From assembly GCA_977017575.1 (NCBI GenBank), contig CDRNVI010000032.1:186001-250000 (forward strand): 64,000 nucleotides of DNA, written 5' to 3'. The notes under the pieces were generated by a model. That model was not told the origin of the DNA. It saw nothing but the letters and a program-made list of their open reading frames with translations, and ran no database searches. This document shows positions 9,480 to 20,262 of this stretch, in pieces; positions within the stretch are counted from its first letter, which is position 1, and each line of letters starts with the position of its first letter. This stretch comes from Paramoeba atlantica. Lineage: Eukaryota > Protista > Discosea. A program made the translations under genes and the position numbers.

Positions 9480-10331
9480 GATAAATATACTGTCGCTCCG
9501 ATGACGTTTCGGACCGCTAACCTCATTTCTTCCATTTGTATCTCGTATCTCTACGATTTCAACCTCAGGTTCTGCGGAGATGGAACTGCGAGGCGGAGGT
9601 CTCGCCACGTGGACGAGGTGGAAGTTGTCTGTCTTTCGGTGTTTGATGATGCGACGTTGTAGAAGGTCATCTTTAAGGGAAGTGACTTCACTTCCTTCCA
9701 GTGTTGCCAAAGGTTATCCTTGACATCATCTTGAATTTGGTGAAAAAACTTTGGATCAACTTCAAGGTTTGCATCCCACAAGGTCGATAAAAAGTTTTCC
9801 ACCAAAGCTACTTGATCGTCGCGCAGTCTCTTTTTGAAAAAGAGAAAAATTTTCTCGTTCGCACGCACAACCTCGTACATGCGCCACATGTTTCGAAGAA
9901 ATTCTTGCAGGGAGTTGCGTGGGTGATTAAAGTATGCGCATATTGCTTCCGCAGAACGAGAGATGTAGCGCTTGATGGAAACATCTTTAGCTCGCTTGAT
10001 CAAGATAAGGACCTGTGCCACGTGACCGAACATGAGTTTCGTGCCTCAAAGCATGCGGCCAACGTACTCTGCACACATTGAGAATTTTAGTCTCTTGAAG
10101 CTCACGAGCGTGAAGATGGTCGATGGCACTGGGCAGAAGTCGTTCCGAGTCCTTTGGAGCATTGCATAGAGGACAGTAGTTCGTGCCTATGATTACAGAG
10201 ACCCTTTGACATTGGATGCAAGGATCCTTTGCATCACTTTCAATGGTGCATGCACACAATACACACCGTATAGGTTCCCCCAAAGACACGTGGCGGTCCA
10301 CCTTGCAGCGAGGACAATACATTTTTCCCAT
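9480..10331 (-). pseudogene. Frameshifted orphan gene with N-terminal four-CxxC zinc-ribbon region
   Basis: Three overlapping minus-strand ORFs (9987-10334, 9551-10033, 9357-9710). The first has CPRC/CVLC/CIQC/CPLC. The segment is bracketed by the two GTGGCCCC arrays. Confidence 0.45.
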
Positions 10332-10493
10332 CACAATAATTTTGAATAGATGGAGAGTTCGAATCTAGAGAATAATAATGAGTATCATTTTGCATCACAA
10401 GGGGGCAACTTTTAAGAAATAACAGTAACAATCCATATCTGCTCAACTAAACTTATAAAAAATGATCAGCAAAGACCAGTAGCAGTGCCACAC

Positions 10494-10538
10494 CGTGGCC
10501 CCTAGTGGCCCACCGTGGCCCCGAGTGGACCCAAAAAA
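10494..10538 (+). repeat. GTGGCCCC-type minisatellite, right copy
   Basis: CCGTGGCCCCTAGTGGCCCACCGTGGCCCCGAGTGGACCC, in direct orientation relative to 9405-9474. Confidence 0.8.
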
Positions 10539-10962
10539 GATGTCAAGTTGCAGGGGGTCTAGTGCCAGCCACACTTGCATGGACTCCATTACGGTGTTCC
10601 TCTATATATTTTCACTGTTTTCACTTGTTTTTCAATAATCGAGGGTAGAGCGGTAGTTATACAACCACCGCAATTGAAGTTTTTACGGTAAGTGGATCTA
10701 AAGGCGAATTTAAGCGTTAGGGGATCTAATGAGAAAAAGCACCGGCAAGATATGCTTTAAATATAATTTTAGATACATACATGTAACTGCAAGGAAGGGA
10801 GACTTCGGTTTCTAGTTTCTACTACTGGAGGACTTTAATTAATCATTCAATTGATGTTTCCTTGGACTTTTAAAGTCCAAGGTATGTAAACGCTTTAGAC
10901 TCATTAGCAAGGTACTTCGGTTAACATATTTTGATAAAGAAAGACATGAAAAAATCCAGATG

Positions 10963-11529
10963 TCACTTCTTTTTCGAGAAGGTTTGTGTCATGTTGCACA
11001 CGTTGTAAAGAATATGCTGTGCATTGCGTTGGACGGCGTCCTTGACCAAGCCAACCTCGGAACTTTGAATACTGTGGATCAATGACTTCGTGTGTTGAAT
11101 TTGATTCTTCTGCTCTTTTAGAAGTGTAATAAGCTCTTTCATTGCAGTATCTTGCTGATCTCGAAGTGCAGCCAATGCGCATTGACGAAGACGATGCGAA
11201 TACAGAGCGATAGCTAACTCAGCACCCATAGGAAGTAGGCAAGTTTTTTTTGCCATGTTCCCTGATGGAGAATCACCATTTCCGCGTTGAATGCTTTCTA
11301 AACCTTCATGACATTTTTTTGAAGTTCGTAGCAACGGTAGTGAAATTACTCTGAGCAAGTGAGCCCAACTTTCGGGATGTTGTCTGCTCCAATCCTCGTT
11401 GTCACTGTGAGGCGCTATTTGTGGATACGTCTCGATTAACCCGGTGCTCGTCATTTCAAATTGTAGATTCCTTTTCGAATAAACAATATTCACAAAATGT
11501 AATATCTCGTATGAGAAAATATTGGGCAT
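10963..11529 (-). CDS. Hypothetical protein, helical/coiled-coil C-terminus
   Basis: 188-aa ORF on the cluster strand; alternative ATG at 11454. No motif recognised. Confidence 0.55.
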   Translation of the reverse strand: MPNIFSYEILHFVNIVYSKRNLQFEMTSTGLIETYPQIAPHSDNEDWSRQHPESWAHLLRVISLPLLRTSKKCHEGLESIQRGNGDSPSGNMAKKTCLLPMGAELAIALYSHRLRQCALAALRDQQDTAMKELITLLKEQKNQIQHTKSLIHSIQSSEVGLVKDAVQRNAQHILYNVCNMTQTFSKKK

Positions 11530-11943
11530 TAAATAGACTAACGTAAAAAGGGAAATGGCTTAAGGAAAAGACTTGAAAAAAAAAGGAATAATCAATTGCA
11601 AGAAAAGCACTTTGAACGGAACACAAAATTCTTTTTCCTCAGCACGAAGGTTTTAAGATCTTTGACGAAATAACATTAGGACCGACATCAGCACACGGAG
11701 TCATGGCTAAATGTTTTAGTAGACATGTAAAATACACGTTAGTTCACTACGATAGGACCGCAATATTGAGTTTCCCTTACAACTGCGTGCTCGAACAACG
11801 CGCATGATGTCCAACATGAATACGACATAATCGTGGATTTCAATGCACAGTGTAACCTAACCAGAGTGTAGACATACACTACTGTATCTTGAAAAGAACA
11901 TTACTTTCTTTATGATTTCTTCTACTACATACCAATTCCAGAT

Positions 11944-13998
11944 TCAGACAGCTAATTCTTGAACAGAAATGCGTGCTACATCTGCCCAATTTTCATCCAA
12001 ATCGGCGGCTCGTTGGTAGTTGAAAATTGCCTCTGATTTCCGACGGAGTTTCTCATGACAACGCGCTAAATTGAGGTGTACAAGCGCGTCCTCTGGACAG
12101 TGAATCCGCAAGAATTCTAAATCAGGAAAAGCCTTTTCATAGTTTGTTCGAAGCATTTCCAAGTGAGCCCGACGATGGCGTACGTTATGGTTCTTAGAAT
12201 CAACTTCCAATATTTGATCATAAATATTTAAAGCTCGAGTGCGTGCTTCTTCATCGTCGAGTTCTTCAAGTGACATTGCTAAGCCTGTCGCTAGAGCAGG
12301 ATTTTCAGGCTTCAAGGCTTGCGCTGCCTCAAAGTAAGTTATAGCTAGAGGAAACTTACCACGTCGTCGTTCCACCTCGCCCAGTCCCGCAATCGCCGCA
12401 TACAAACGTGGGTCGAAATCTAACGCCCGTTGAAAGCGCTCTGATGCTGACCTCCACGCCTCCTGACGTAAAAGCTCGAACCCAAGTAACACATGTCCGT
12501 ACGCAAAATCCTCCTGCACGCCAATCGCAAGCGTGAACAGACGCTCTGCCTCCTCTACCTCTCCACAAAGGCTGTGGTAGTTACCGGCAACACACATAGC
12601 GATCACGGAAAACGGTTCCTGGGCCACACAACGTTGTGCCAGGGTACGAAGTTCAGCCACGGCTCGTGTGTGCCACAGCGCTATACTGTAGTACAGAAGC
12701 GAGGGGTCCATTTTCCACGCATAGTGCCGGGTGTATGTCGACCACGACCGCACCGCCTCCGTGTATAGCCCTCTCTCGTAGTAGGTCTGCGCCAGCATCG
12801 GGAGATACCACTCCGCGTGTTTGTGTGCGGTAGCGAAGGACCCGTTGGTGAGACAGGACAGCCCACTGGTGTTACTCCCACGGAGACACTGGCGTGCCTC
12901 TACGTAGGGCTTTAGCACATCCACGACGGAGTGAAGTCTCTGGGCGTAGGTTTTTCGTAAAGGTCGCGGGTGAGTGCTCTCGGGGCTTATGTCCCCCATG
13001 TGGGTTGTGTGTAGAAAAGTACTCCGACGTCCGTAACTTGACGGTCGCCCGTCAAGGACTAAGTTGGAGAACTGTTGCAATGGGGTGCGACGTCCGAGCA
13101 TGTTCGGGCGACGCTCTGAGGGTGGGGTGTGAAGATTTCGGGGTCGAGGCGACTTCATGAGAGGGGGAGGTGTACGCCTCGCGGTAGAGTTCCTCACAGG
13201 AGCCGGAGTGGAATATTCAAGAGAGGAATCCAAGGCTGAGCCCTGGGTGGTTCTAGTGGAGCTACGCATAGTAAGTCCACCCAGCGTACTTCGCCGATGT
13301 TTTCCTATAAGAGAACGTGTGAATACGGGAGGGGCGGCAGAAGGGTCTGACGTTTTGCACTCGGCTGAGGAAGGGACAGGTTCATTACTTTCCTTTGCCA
13401 TGTTCGGTTTTTCCGTCTTACAGTGTGTGTCGTTTTCAGATGCGGCATCAAAGTGTTCTGCTGTAAATTTATGAAATACATCATCCGTATCGGCGCCTCC
13501 ACACAAAGCTTCATCGAGCGCTGCTATTTGGGTGGGATCTATAGAGTAACACTGTGAGTACGACTTTTTTGCCTCTGCGTGCTTGCCTAACCGTTTCTTG
13601 CACTCTGAAGTCCAATAAAGTATTCCACAGAAAAGGTCTTCTCGAATTTCGTGTGCTATGTCTTCCGTAGTTGACTCCAACGCATATCGTAATTCAGTTA
13701 AAGTTCGTTCAGCTTGCTTGAAATTCCCCACCTGCACCTGTGCTACTCCAAATAAGTACATTAAGCGAGCATAGGCAACGATATCATTCAAGGAAAACGG
13801 ATAGAGCGATTCTATAAAACGACAAACGGTTCGAACTTCGCCAGCGAGGTAGTAAGTCTGCGCTAAGATATGGGCTGTGCTAAGATCCCGATTTATTTCA
13901 TAGAGGCGATGAGCTAAAAAGATTGCATTGCGGTGAAGCAGAAGCCGGTGTGAACGATCAATAGCAGCGTGGAGACTCCTTATGACCTCGTTGTCCAT
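11944..13998 (-). CDS. CDC27: Anaphase-promoting complex subunit CDC27/APC3 (TPR)
   Basis: N-terminal NAIFLAHRL...AHILAQTYY dimerisation TPRs and a disordered S/T-P-rich middle. C-terminal TPRs include CVAGNYHSL and FAYGHVLLGFE..FQRALDFDPRLYAAIAGLG. Confidence 0.85.
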   Translation of the reverse strand: MDNEVIRSLHAAIDRSHRLLLHRNAIFLAHRLYEINRDLSTAHILAQTYYLAGEVRTVCRFIESLYPFSLNDIVAYARLMYLFGVAQVQVGNFKQAERTLTELRYALESTTEDIAHEIREDLFCGILYWTSECKKRLGKHAEAKKSYSQCYSIDPTQIAALDEALCGGADTDDVFHKFTAEHFDAASENDTHCKTEKPNMAKESNEPVPSSAECKTSDPSAAPPVFTRSLIGKHRRSTLGGLTMRSSTRTTQGSALDSSLEYSTPAPVRNSTARRTPPPLMKSPRPRNLHTPPSERRPNMLGRRTPLQQFSNLVLDGRPSSYGRRSTFLHTTHMGDISPESTHPRPLRKTYAQRLHSVVDVLKPYVEARQCLRGSNTSGLSCLTNGSFATAHKHAEWYLPMLAQTYYERGLYTEAVRSWSTYTRHYAWKMDPSLLYYSIALWHTRAVAELRTLAQRCVAQEPFSVIAMCVAGNYHSLCGEVEEAERLFTLAIGVQEDFAYGHVLLGFELLRQEAWRSASERFQRALDFDPRLYAAIAGLGEVERRRGKFPLAITYFEAAQALKPENPALATGLAMSLEELDDEEARTRALNIYDQILEVDSKNHNVRHRRAHLEMLRTNYEKAFPDLEFLRIHCPEDALVHLNLARCHEKLRRKSEAIFNYQRAADLDENWADVARISVQELAV

Positions 13999-14448
13999 CT
14001 AAGAGTAAAACAAGGTGTTATTGATTCAATTGAATCTATGCCACGTATAATTGTTCAACTTTCAAATAGAGTACTTAGTTACGAAACATGCACAAAGCAA
14101 TTTCGCTTAAAATATTGCTACGAAATGTAGTACGATTATAAATTTCAACGACTACATCACAAAACCATTTTCTAGCAGTTCCTTAACGGCTTCAGTGTAC
14201 TGGGAAAAAAATGTCTTTTGCGGAAGGGTTAAACAAATTTACTCCGCGGTCGGTTCGTGAGTTACGTTATACCGTAGACTCGTATACCAAACAGTGATTT
14301 CGTTAAATTACAAAAGGCAAACAAAGCAAAGAAAAAACACGCCCAAAATACCAGTAAGCCAGCAAAAAAGTCGTGCGAAACGAAAATTCAAAAGCTACTC
14401 AAACGTCAAACAATCAAAAGCAAATGAAAACAATCCAACGGTTAATCA

Positions 14449-15555
14449 TTAATCTAATTCGTCCCTGGATTGGGGCTTTGAAGAAGTTGATTTTGATGCT
14501 GATATATCGTTGAATGGAGCTGATTCACTATTCGTACCGCTGGCGGAAGCCGAGGGCATGTTCATAGATGACATCATCTTCGAGATCAATTTAGACATTT
14601 TTGGGTCTTGCATGTATTGCATAGCACTCATAGGATTACTCATTAAGTTTTTAAGTTTCTCCGCCGTTTCAGGATCACGAAGAGCTGCTTGTACCTCAGG
14701 GTCTTGAAAAAGCGAATCCATCTTAGGAATGCCGCTGAAGGACGCGCCCGTAAATGGCGTCTCTGCCGTACTCGATGCTTCGGGTGTTTGACTTTTGTTC
14801 TGTCGTGGCATATAAAAATTTCTTTCTTCCGATTCATGACGCGCGGCCCTTCTCTCCTCCCGCACACGTTGCTTTGTGCGTAATTGACGGGCGCGAGACT
14901 CGACAAACTTTAACACTTCCGATGTATCGGGGTCATAATCAACTCGGTTAGCAGCATTTAAATCCAACGTGGCTTGAGCGTAGTTACCCAGATACCGATG
15001 TGCCATACCTCGTACACGGAGAGCTTTCGCATTCTCCGGATTGTATTGCAAGGCTCTGTTCGAGTCTTTTACAGCACAGTTGGGCCTTTTCCACTTTAAA
15101 TAGCACTGAGCGCGAAGTGCCCAGAGGGGAGCTTTGTAGGGATTACAACGTAATGCCTCATTGATCTTTTCTATTCCCTTTGAGAGATCGCCCGCTTGTA
15201 TGAGTTGTGCTGCCTCGGACCGAAGTTTGTTTATGTGCGTCTCCAAAGCCTCATCTGAGACTGATTCAGTGGGTTCCAGGACTTCCTCGTATGAGGGGTC
15301 TTGAGGCTCCACTGTCCATAGATCCGGGTCCGGGTCTTCATCGGAGGAGATATCTGATTCTTCATCCATATCACATCCCAAGGAGTTTTCCGGAACGTCA
15401 CGCTCACAGGGATTGTTAAGAAAGTTAGTACTGGCGTATTGAAGGAAATCGCGAAAAAAGGTCAAACGATCATCCTGAAGAAGATCTGGGTTTTCTTGAA
15501 TCTTTTGAACGAACGAACGAACTGTAGTTATTTCTTCTTCGCACAAATTATTCAT
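14449..15555 (-). CDS. ST13: Hsc70-interacting protein Hip/ST13
   Basis: N-terminal dimerisation domain (FVQKIQENPDLLQDDRLTFFRDFL), acidic linker, three TPRs (KRPNCAVKDSNRALQYNPE) and an STI1/DP domain (FQDPEVQAALRDP...MQDPKM). Confidence 0.92.
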   Translation of the reverse strand: MNNLCEEEITTVRSFVQKIQENPDLLQDDRLTFFRDFLQYASTNFLNNPCERDVPENSLGCDMDEESDISSDEDPDPDLWTVEPQDPSYEEVLEPTESVSDEALETHINKLRSEAAQLIQAGDLSKGIEKINEALRCNPYKAPLWALRAQCYLKWKRPNCAVKDSNRALQYNPENAKALRVRGMAHRYLGNYAQATLDLNAANRVDYDPDTSEVLKFVESRARQLRTKQRVREERRAARHESEERNFYMPRQNKSQTPEASSTAETPFTGASFSGIPKMDSLFQDPEVQAALRDPETAEKLKNLMSNPMSAMQYMQDPKMSKLISKMMSSMNMPSASASGTNSESAPFNDISASKSTSSKPQSRDELD

Positions 15556-15729
15556 AAGTTATAAAGAAACAAAAACTTTCTTGCCGCTATTTTACTAAAC
15601 TAAATGGCAATGAAGAGAAAATCGTTTCGCTTGTTTAGAAAGAGGGTGATGAATTCAAAATGTACACAAAAAATGAAGACCAGTCGCTTAACACAGTATT
15701 AAAATATGCAATTCTTAAATGTTACTAAA

Positions 15730-16201
15730 CCCCCCGCACACTATTATTCCGGATTTTTTCGTCCACATTTTCCGGAATAATAAGTGTGCGCGCACACTTA
15801 GGTGTTGGTGCCGCCTTGGGCAAGCGGAAACTGGCAGATGACGTCGGTCTCGGAACTTCCAAATCAGTCTGTGAAGGGTCTGGCTTGCCAGTGACCGTCC
15901 GGAGCAGTCAGGGTCTTCGGAAGAGCCATCGTTGAAGGATTCTTCATCGGGAGAATTCGAGTTTCTTTCTTCAATAATGTCAACGCCCCATTCACGACGC
16001 TCCTGGCGAAGGTTCTTTGTTTCAAGGTATACCAAATTTTTCTCGAATCCAGGAATCCAATTTTTTCCATTGGCAGAGATAAAATTTTGTAAAAAATCTC
16101 AAAGGTGAAATAATAAAAAAAAGCGGAATAATAAGTGTGTTTGCGGAATAATAAGTGTTTCCGGAATAATAAAAAAAACGGAATAATAAGTGTGCGGGGG
16201 G
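15730..16201. mobile_element. 472-bp non-autonomous TIR element with CCC...GGG ends (piggyBac- or Tc1-like)
   Basis: TIR CCCCCCGCACACT(T)ATTATTCCG at both ends, with flanks TAAA and TTAA. There are multiple subterminal GGAATAATAAG repeats (four at the right end) and a perfect 20-bp palindrome at 15781-15800. It carries the 101-bp repeat. Confidence 0.8.
15804..15904 (-). repeat. 101-bp dispersed repeat, copy B
   Basis: Inverted copy of 9006-9106 (93/101). Confidence 0.9.
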
Positions 16202-16491
16202 TTAAAATGAGTTGCTACGAAAAGGATTAAACTAAAAAAAGAATTGTACGTTGTATCTTGATGCAAAAAGAATACCGGTATCGGACTTCCTGCGTAATGT
16301 TTCTTGCAGTATTGAAAAAGATCTGCAGAAAAACTTTTTGAAGATGGAGTGCATTTACATGACCAGAATGATAGAGTATAGTGATAGAGAACATTTACCA
16401 TTGAAATTGTCGTTCGACTGTGTACATTATTCCATACGCCAGAAAAACTGTTTTCTATCTGTTCACGGTAGTACTAAAATGATGGATTTTA

Positions 16492-17655
16492 TCAGGAAAA
16501 AATTCCAATCTGTTGATTCCATTCTCTATGCAAAAAAGAGTTAGCCTGTTGAATTCGATCTACCCAAGATTCTGCTTTCTTGGCGAAGACACCAATTTCT
16601 TGAGGATGTAATACACGGGGCTTAATTAGAGTTACCGTTAATGTTCTCGCAATGCCATCCATCCGACCTTCGAAAAGATCCAAGGATAGCGCTGAAATCA
16701 GTAACGATTCCACGTCAGTCGCATTTATTTCGCAACGCTGCGCAATTTGAGAAAATGTCAGAATACGGCCCTTGTTTTCCGGAGTGTAGAAAATATAGTG
16801 CAACAGGCTCATGAGAGTGAATTTTTGCTCAAGTCCTTCAGAATGAATTCGTATGAGATCATTGTGCGAGATTTCTAGAGAGTACTTTGTTTTGAGATTT
16901 TTCCATGACTCAACGTCTCCTTCTTGAAATGATTGAAGAATCGTGCTCAACCACGGAGCTGTGTCTTTAAGTCCTTCACTGACACGAACATTACTCAATA
17001 GCTCTCCAAAATTGTGTAGCTGAGGACATAAAAGTGCAGATATCGCAACCTGCACACAAAGACCAGAGAAATCATTAGGTTCCAGTGTGACGTTCGTGTC
17101 ACAATAAGCCAAATATTGAAAAACACAAGTGTAAAAGAACTCCCACTCTTGACGAAACCAGTGCGCTACGCAGCGCATACGATAATACTGCATCCATAAA
17201 AGGGGAGAGACACGGACACGGTCCAAAGGGCGCGTGTAGTCTTCAATTTCACGGCATGCGGCATCGAGCAACAAATATGAATTATTGCAGGCATGCGTAG
17301 CTATGGAGAATTCGGCTTGAATACATTTCTGAGCCTCGAAATCTTTTGATACGACATTCTTCAAAAAACTGCAACGAGTTTCTGGCGAAAACGTAAGAGC
17401 AATCATCAAAGAAAGTCGAGCGTAAGAGATCGGATTGAAGAACTCGGCTTTGGGGTAAAGGACAAGATGATGAACTCTTTCTCCATTTTGGGCTAGAAAA
17501 GAGGTATTGTGGAAAAGCTCAAAAGCATGTAGAGTGACTTCATGCCACATATTTTTATGAAAGGCCTCAAACAAAAGTCGAACGGTGTCCTGGAGTGCGG
17601 GGTACTCGGCACTAGCATTAAGCGCATCGGATAAAGAACTTCTTGATTGTGCCAT
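16492..17655 (-). CDS. RPN9: 26S proteasome lid subunit RPN9/PSMD13
   Basis: KNMWHEVT N-terminal motif (KLWHQLT-like), EQKFTLMSLL, and PCI end DVESLLISALSLDLFEGRMDGIARTLTVTLIKPRVL. Confidence 0.9.
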   Translation of the reverse strand: MAQSRSSLSDALNASAEYPALQDTVRLLFEAFHKNMWHEVTLHAFELFHNTSFLAQNGERVHHLVLYPKAEFFNPISYARLSLMIALTFSPETRCSFLKNVVSKDFEAQKCIQAEFSIATHACNNSYLLLDAACREIEDYTRPLDRVRVSPLLWMQYYRMRCVAHWFRQEWEFFYTCVFQYLAYCDTNVTLEPNDFSGLCVQVAISALLCPQLHNFGELLSNVRVSEGLKDTAPWLSTILQSFQEGDVESWKNLKTKYSLEISHNDLIRIHSEGLEQKFTLMSLLHYIFYTPENKGRILTFSQIAQRCEINATDVESLLISALSLDLFEGRMDGIARTLTVTLIKPRVLHPQEIGVFAKKAESWVDRIQQANSFLHREWNQQIGIFS

Positions 17656-18053
17656 AATAGGATCAGAGAATCAAGGTAATGCAAAACGGCTTTTTGTAGA
17701 CTATTCTAAGGCAAACTATTTTTGTAAATGATTCCTCTTATTTTTAGATTATCTAAAAAGAATCTAAGATAAAGTAAAGTGGCTGAAAAAAGCGCGAGGA
17801 TACCTGCACAGATTTGACGTCAGACGATATGTCTGGTGAAGCTACGCCCAGTGAAATTCACTGGACTTATGAAAGTAACGTTCGGTTTTTTCGATTTATA
17901 GAAATTAATGCTCCCGCGTAAAACAGATTTTTATAACTCGAAAGTATAAATTTATGAGAGAGCAACATATTTTTTATGCTTTTAAGATTAATTTTGGCCA
18001 CCCAAAATGAACCCCCAACAAGGAGGTGTCCTGGAAAAGCCGAGCAAACTTTA

Positions 18054-18091
18054 GCAAAACCTGGCAAAACTTGACAGGTTTCAACCCTCTA
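18054..18091. mobile_element. Solo hAT-like element end, copy 1
   Basis: GCAAAACCTGGCAAAACTTGACAGGTTTCAACCCTCTA, 36/38 identical to 27119-27156. Confidence 0.6.
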
Positions 18092-18174
18092 CATAATACC
18101 GTAATTGAATATTTGGCTGCAAGGGAATTTGCAAATTTAGGAACGCCTCACCATGATATACTATGCTTTGCTGA

Positions 18175-19005
18175 CTACTTCACTCCTCGAATAAGAATCT
18201 TCGGCGCTCTCCGCCAGGTGTCGCTAGACACTTTTACAAAATTTTTATTAGGAGGAATCACGGAATCAAAGAAATTAGAATCGACCTCAATAGAGTTTAG
18301 TGAGTTCGGAAGTCGTGAGAGATCAAGCACCCCAGTCAAAAGGTTACCCTTTACTGCAAAAACTATAATACCTTCCGAAAGATCTCTGGGTAATAGGGCG
18401 CCACTCAGCTTGTTTTGCGAAAGACGCAGTTCCTGTAGAGAAGGAGGAAGAGCGCTAATGTCCAATAAACCATCGAAATTGTTGTGGTCAAGGTTTATAC
18501 AAGCCACAGAAGTTGGTAATTGAGTTAGATCAAGGGTCCCATACAAATTGTTTCGTGAAAGCAGTATTGTTTCAATTTTTGTTGGAAAGAGTCCTAGTTG
18601 CAGCGTTGATGAAAAGAGATTTTGGCGACCATCAAGTCGAATGAGTGACGAAACTGACTCGGGGTCCACGGCCCCGCTTAATTGATTTTCCGCAAGATGT
18701 ACCCAAGTTATCGAATGAGGCAGATAGGCCCAAGTTAAATTTCCTACCATTCCGAGGCAGTTCCACTCTAACATTATTGGTTCATCGGCTTCGTTGCATA
18801 TTACGCCATTCCAGTCACATCCAGGTACCATCTGAGACCACGTGGAATCCGGTGACTTGGAGAGCAATTGCGTGAACCGTGTGAGCTGAATTTCCAGAGG
18901 GAGTAATGAACGAGAGACTTTGCCAAGAGCTCGTTTTGGACAAGAGGTTACGTCTGCGCCGCTAAAAAGATATGTCTGCAGCAAACCTACCATTTCGAAA
19001 ATCAT
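18175..19005 (-). CDS. Leucine-rich repeat protein (plant-like LRR N-cap)
   Basis: W....GCDWNGVICN cap followed by repeats of LP..(L/I)..(L/I).L..N...G.LDL. The ORF-track start is TTG; ATG is at 19005. Confidence 0.88.
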   Translation of the reverse strand: MIFEMVGLLQTYLFSGADVTSCPKRALGKVSRSLLPLEIQLTRFTQLLSKSPDSTWSQMVPGCDWNGVICNEADEPIMLEWNCLGMVGNLTWAYLPHSITWVHLAENQLSGAVDPESVSSLIRLDGRQNLFSSTLQLGLFPTKIETILLSRNNLYGTLDLTQLPTSVACINLDHNNFDGLLDISALPPSLQELRLSQNKLSGALLPRDLSEGIIVFAVKGNLLTGVLDLSRLPNSLNSIEVDSNFFDSVIPPNKNFVKVSSDTWRRAPKILIRGVK

Positions 19006-19398
19006 ATTCAGAAATACAGCTTTGAAAAAAGAAGAAAGAATGCTTTTAAAGATAAAAACAAGCAAACGTGAGATTTTCTCATGCAAGAATACTTGGAGGA
19101 TATAATGTAAAAATCTTAGTACAGCATTCAGGTTTTATGCGCCATATAACGAAACAAACGTACCAAAGTGCTGAACACACAACGTACATGTATTATGTGA
19201 TGAGTCCCAGAGTAAAAACATTAACAAATTTAAAAAAACATTTGGCAAGTAGTAGTACGCGGCAAGCTGTACAACAGAAAGCAAGAGTTTCCATAAGTGG
19301 AGTTTCCCAGATTGTTTTTTGTAACAACAGTACAAGTAGGGTTGTGACACCTAATTCGTAAAATAAACATATTCTACAAAAAAATAAACGTATCAGCC

Positions 19399-20262
19399 CT
19401 AAATGCCACAAATAAAACGTAAATGTTCACAAAAGCCCACCAGGTCTGTTCCTGCGAGTCCGCATGCATCACGACGAGTGCTGTCCTCGGATAAATTCAT
19501 CAATGCGCTGTAGAATTCCCTCATTGTAGGCCTGTGAGCGGCGTGCGTCACTACATGTGGAAAGCATCGTACACCCTCGTAAAGCAACAAAAATCCGCAG
19601 CAAATGTTTTGTTCTGTGGTTGGACGAGATCGTGCGCGCTGTGAGAGGTTCTTTCGTCGCGTCAATTTATCTTGCTCACGAAGAGAGACACAAATCCAGT
19701 GCTGGAGAAGCGGAATCAACATTTCAAAATGCCCAGCGTCAAGTTCTTGAAATTGCTGAGCACTTTTTATGGCATGTAGTTTCTCATGCAGCTCAAGACA
19801 ATGCGTTGTTGTCCCTTTTTCGAAGGCTTTTGAGATTGTCGAATGCAAAGAGGGTTCAGCGGCATCCGTGGGGAGCGGGGTGGTGGAAGACATCGATGGA
19901 AGAGCTCTTGGGCACTCTGGAAGTGTGTGTATCTTAGTGCAATTCGAATTATGGGAATCGGAAAGCTCGAATGGAGGCTGCTCAAGATCTATTGAAGGCA
20001 ATGAGGGATCAACCTTTTCCCGAATATTGTTCACCATTTCTCCCATGCTCAAAATATTGCGGTGATGGGTGCGATGCCAAATTTCTTCACCTTTGGTTGA
20101 ATCCAAAAGCTTTTGGAGATAACCCTGAAGCTCCTCCCATTCCTGCTTTCGAGGGGAAGGCGCGATTTCAGTACGCAGCGTTGATTTGCGTGAGGAATCT
20201 ACTCTAACTTGGGCTGAGTCAGAAGTCTTATTTAAGGAGTTCAATTGTGCGCGTGCAGGCAT
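19399..20262 (-). CDS. Hypothetical protein (287 aa)
   Basis: ATG-started ORF on the cluster strand. No motif recognised. Confidence 0.6.
   Translation of the reverse strand: MPARAQLNSLNKTSDSAQVRVDSSRKSTLRTEIAPSPRKQEWEELQGYLQKLLDSTKGEEIWHRTHHRNILSMGEMVNNIREKVDPSLPSIDLEQPPFELSDSHNSNCTKIHTLPECPRALPSMSSTTPLPTDAAEPSLHSTISKAFEKGTTTHCLELHEKLHAIKSAQQFQELDAGHFEMLIPLLQHWICVSLREQDKLTRRKNLSQRARSRPTTEQNICCGFLLLYEGVRCFPHVVTHAAHRPTMREFYSALMNLSEDSTRRDACGLAGTDLVGFCEHLRFICGI

Noticed and set aside
10250-10331. CPRC...EPIRCVLC similar to RNA polymerase subunit RPB12
   Set aside because: It lacks the RILYK.R tail, continues into further CxxC pairs, and lies in a decayed region.
8884-11901. Similar ACTGTATCTT..AAAAGAACAT strings at 8885 and 11881
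   Set aside because: Short, AT-rich and gapped; cannot be distinguished from chance.
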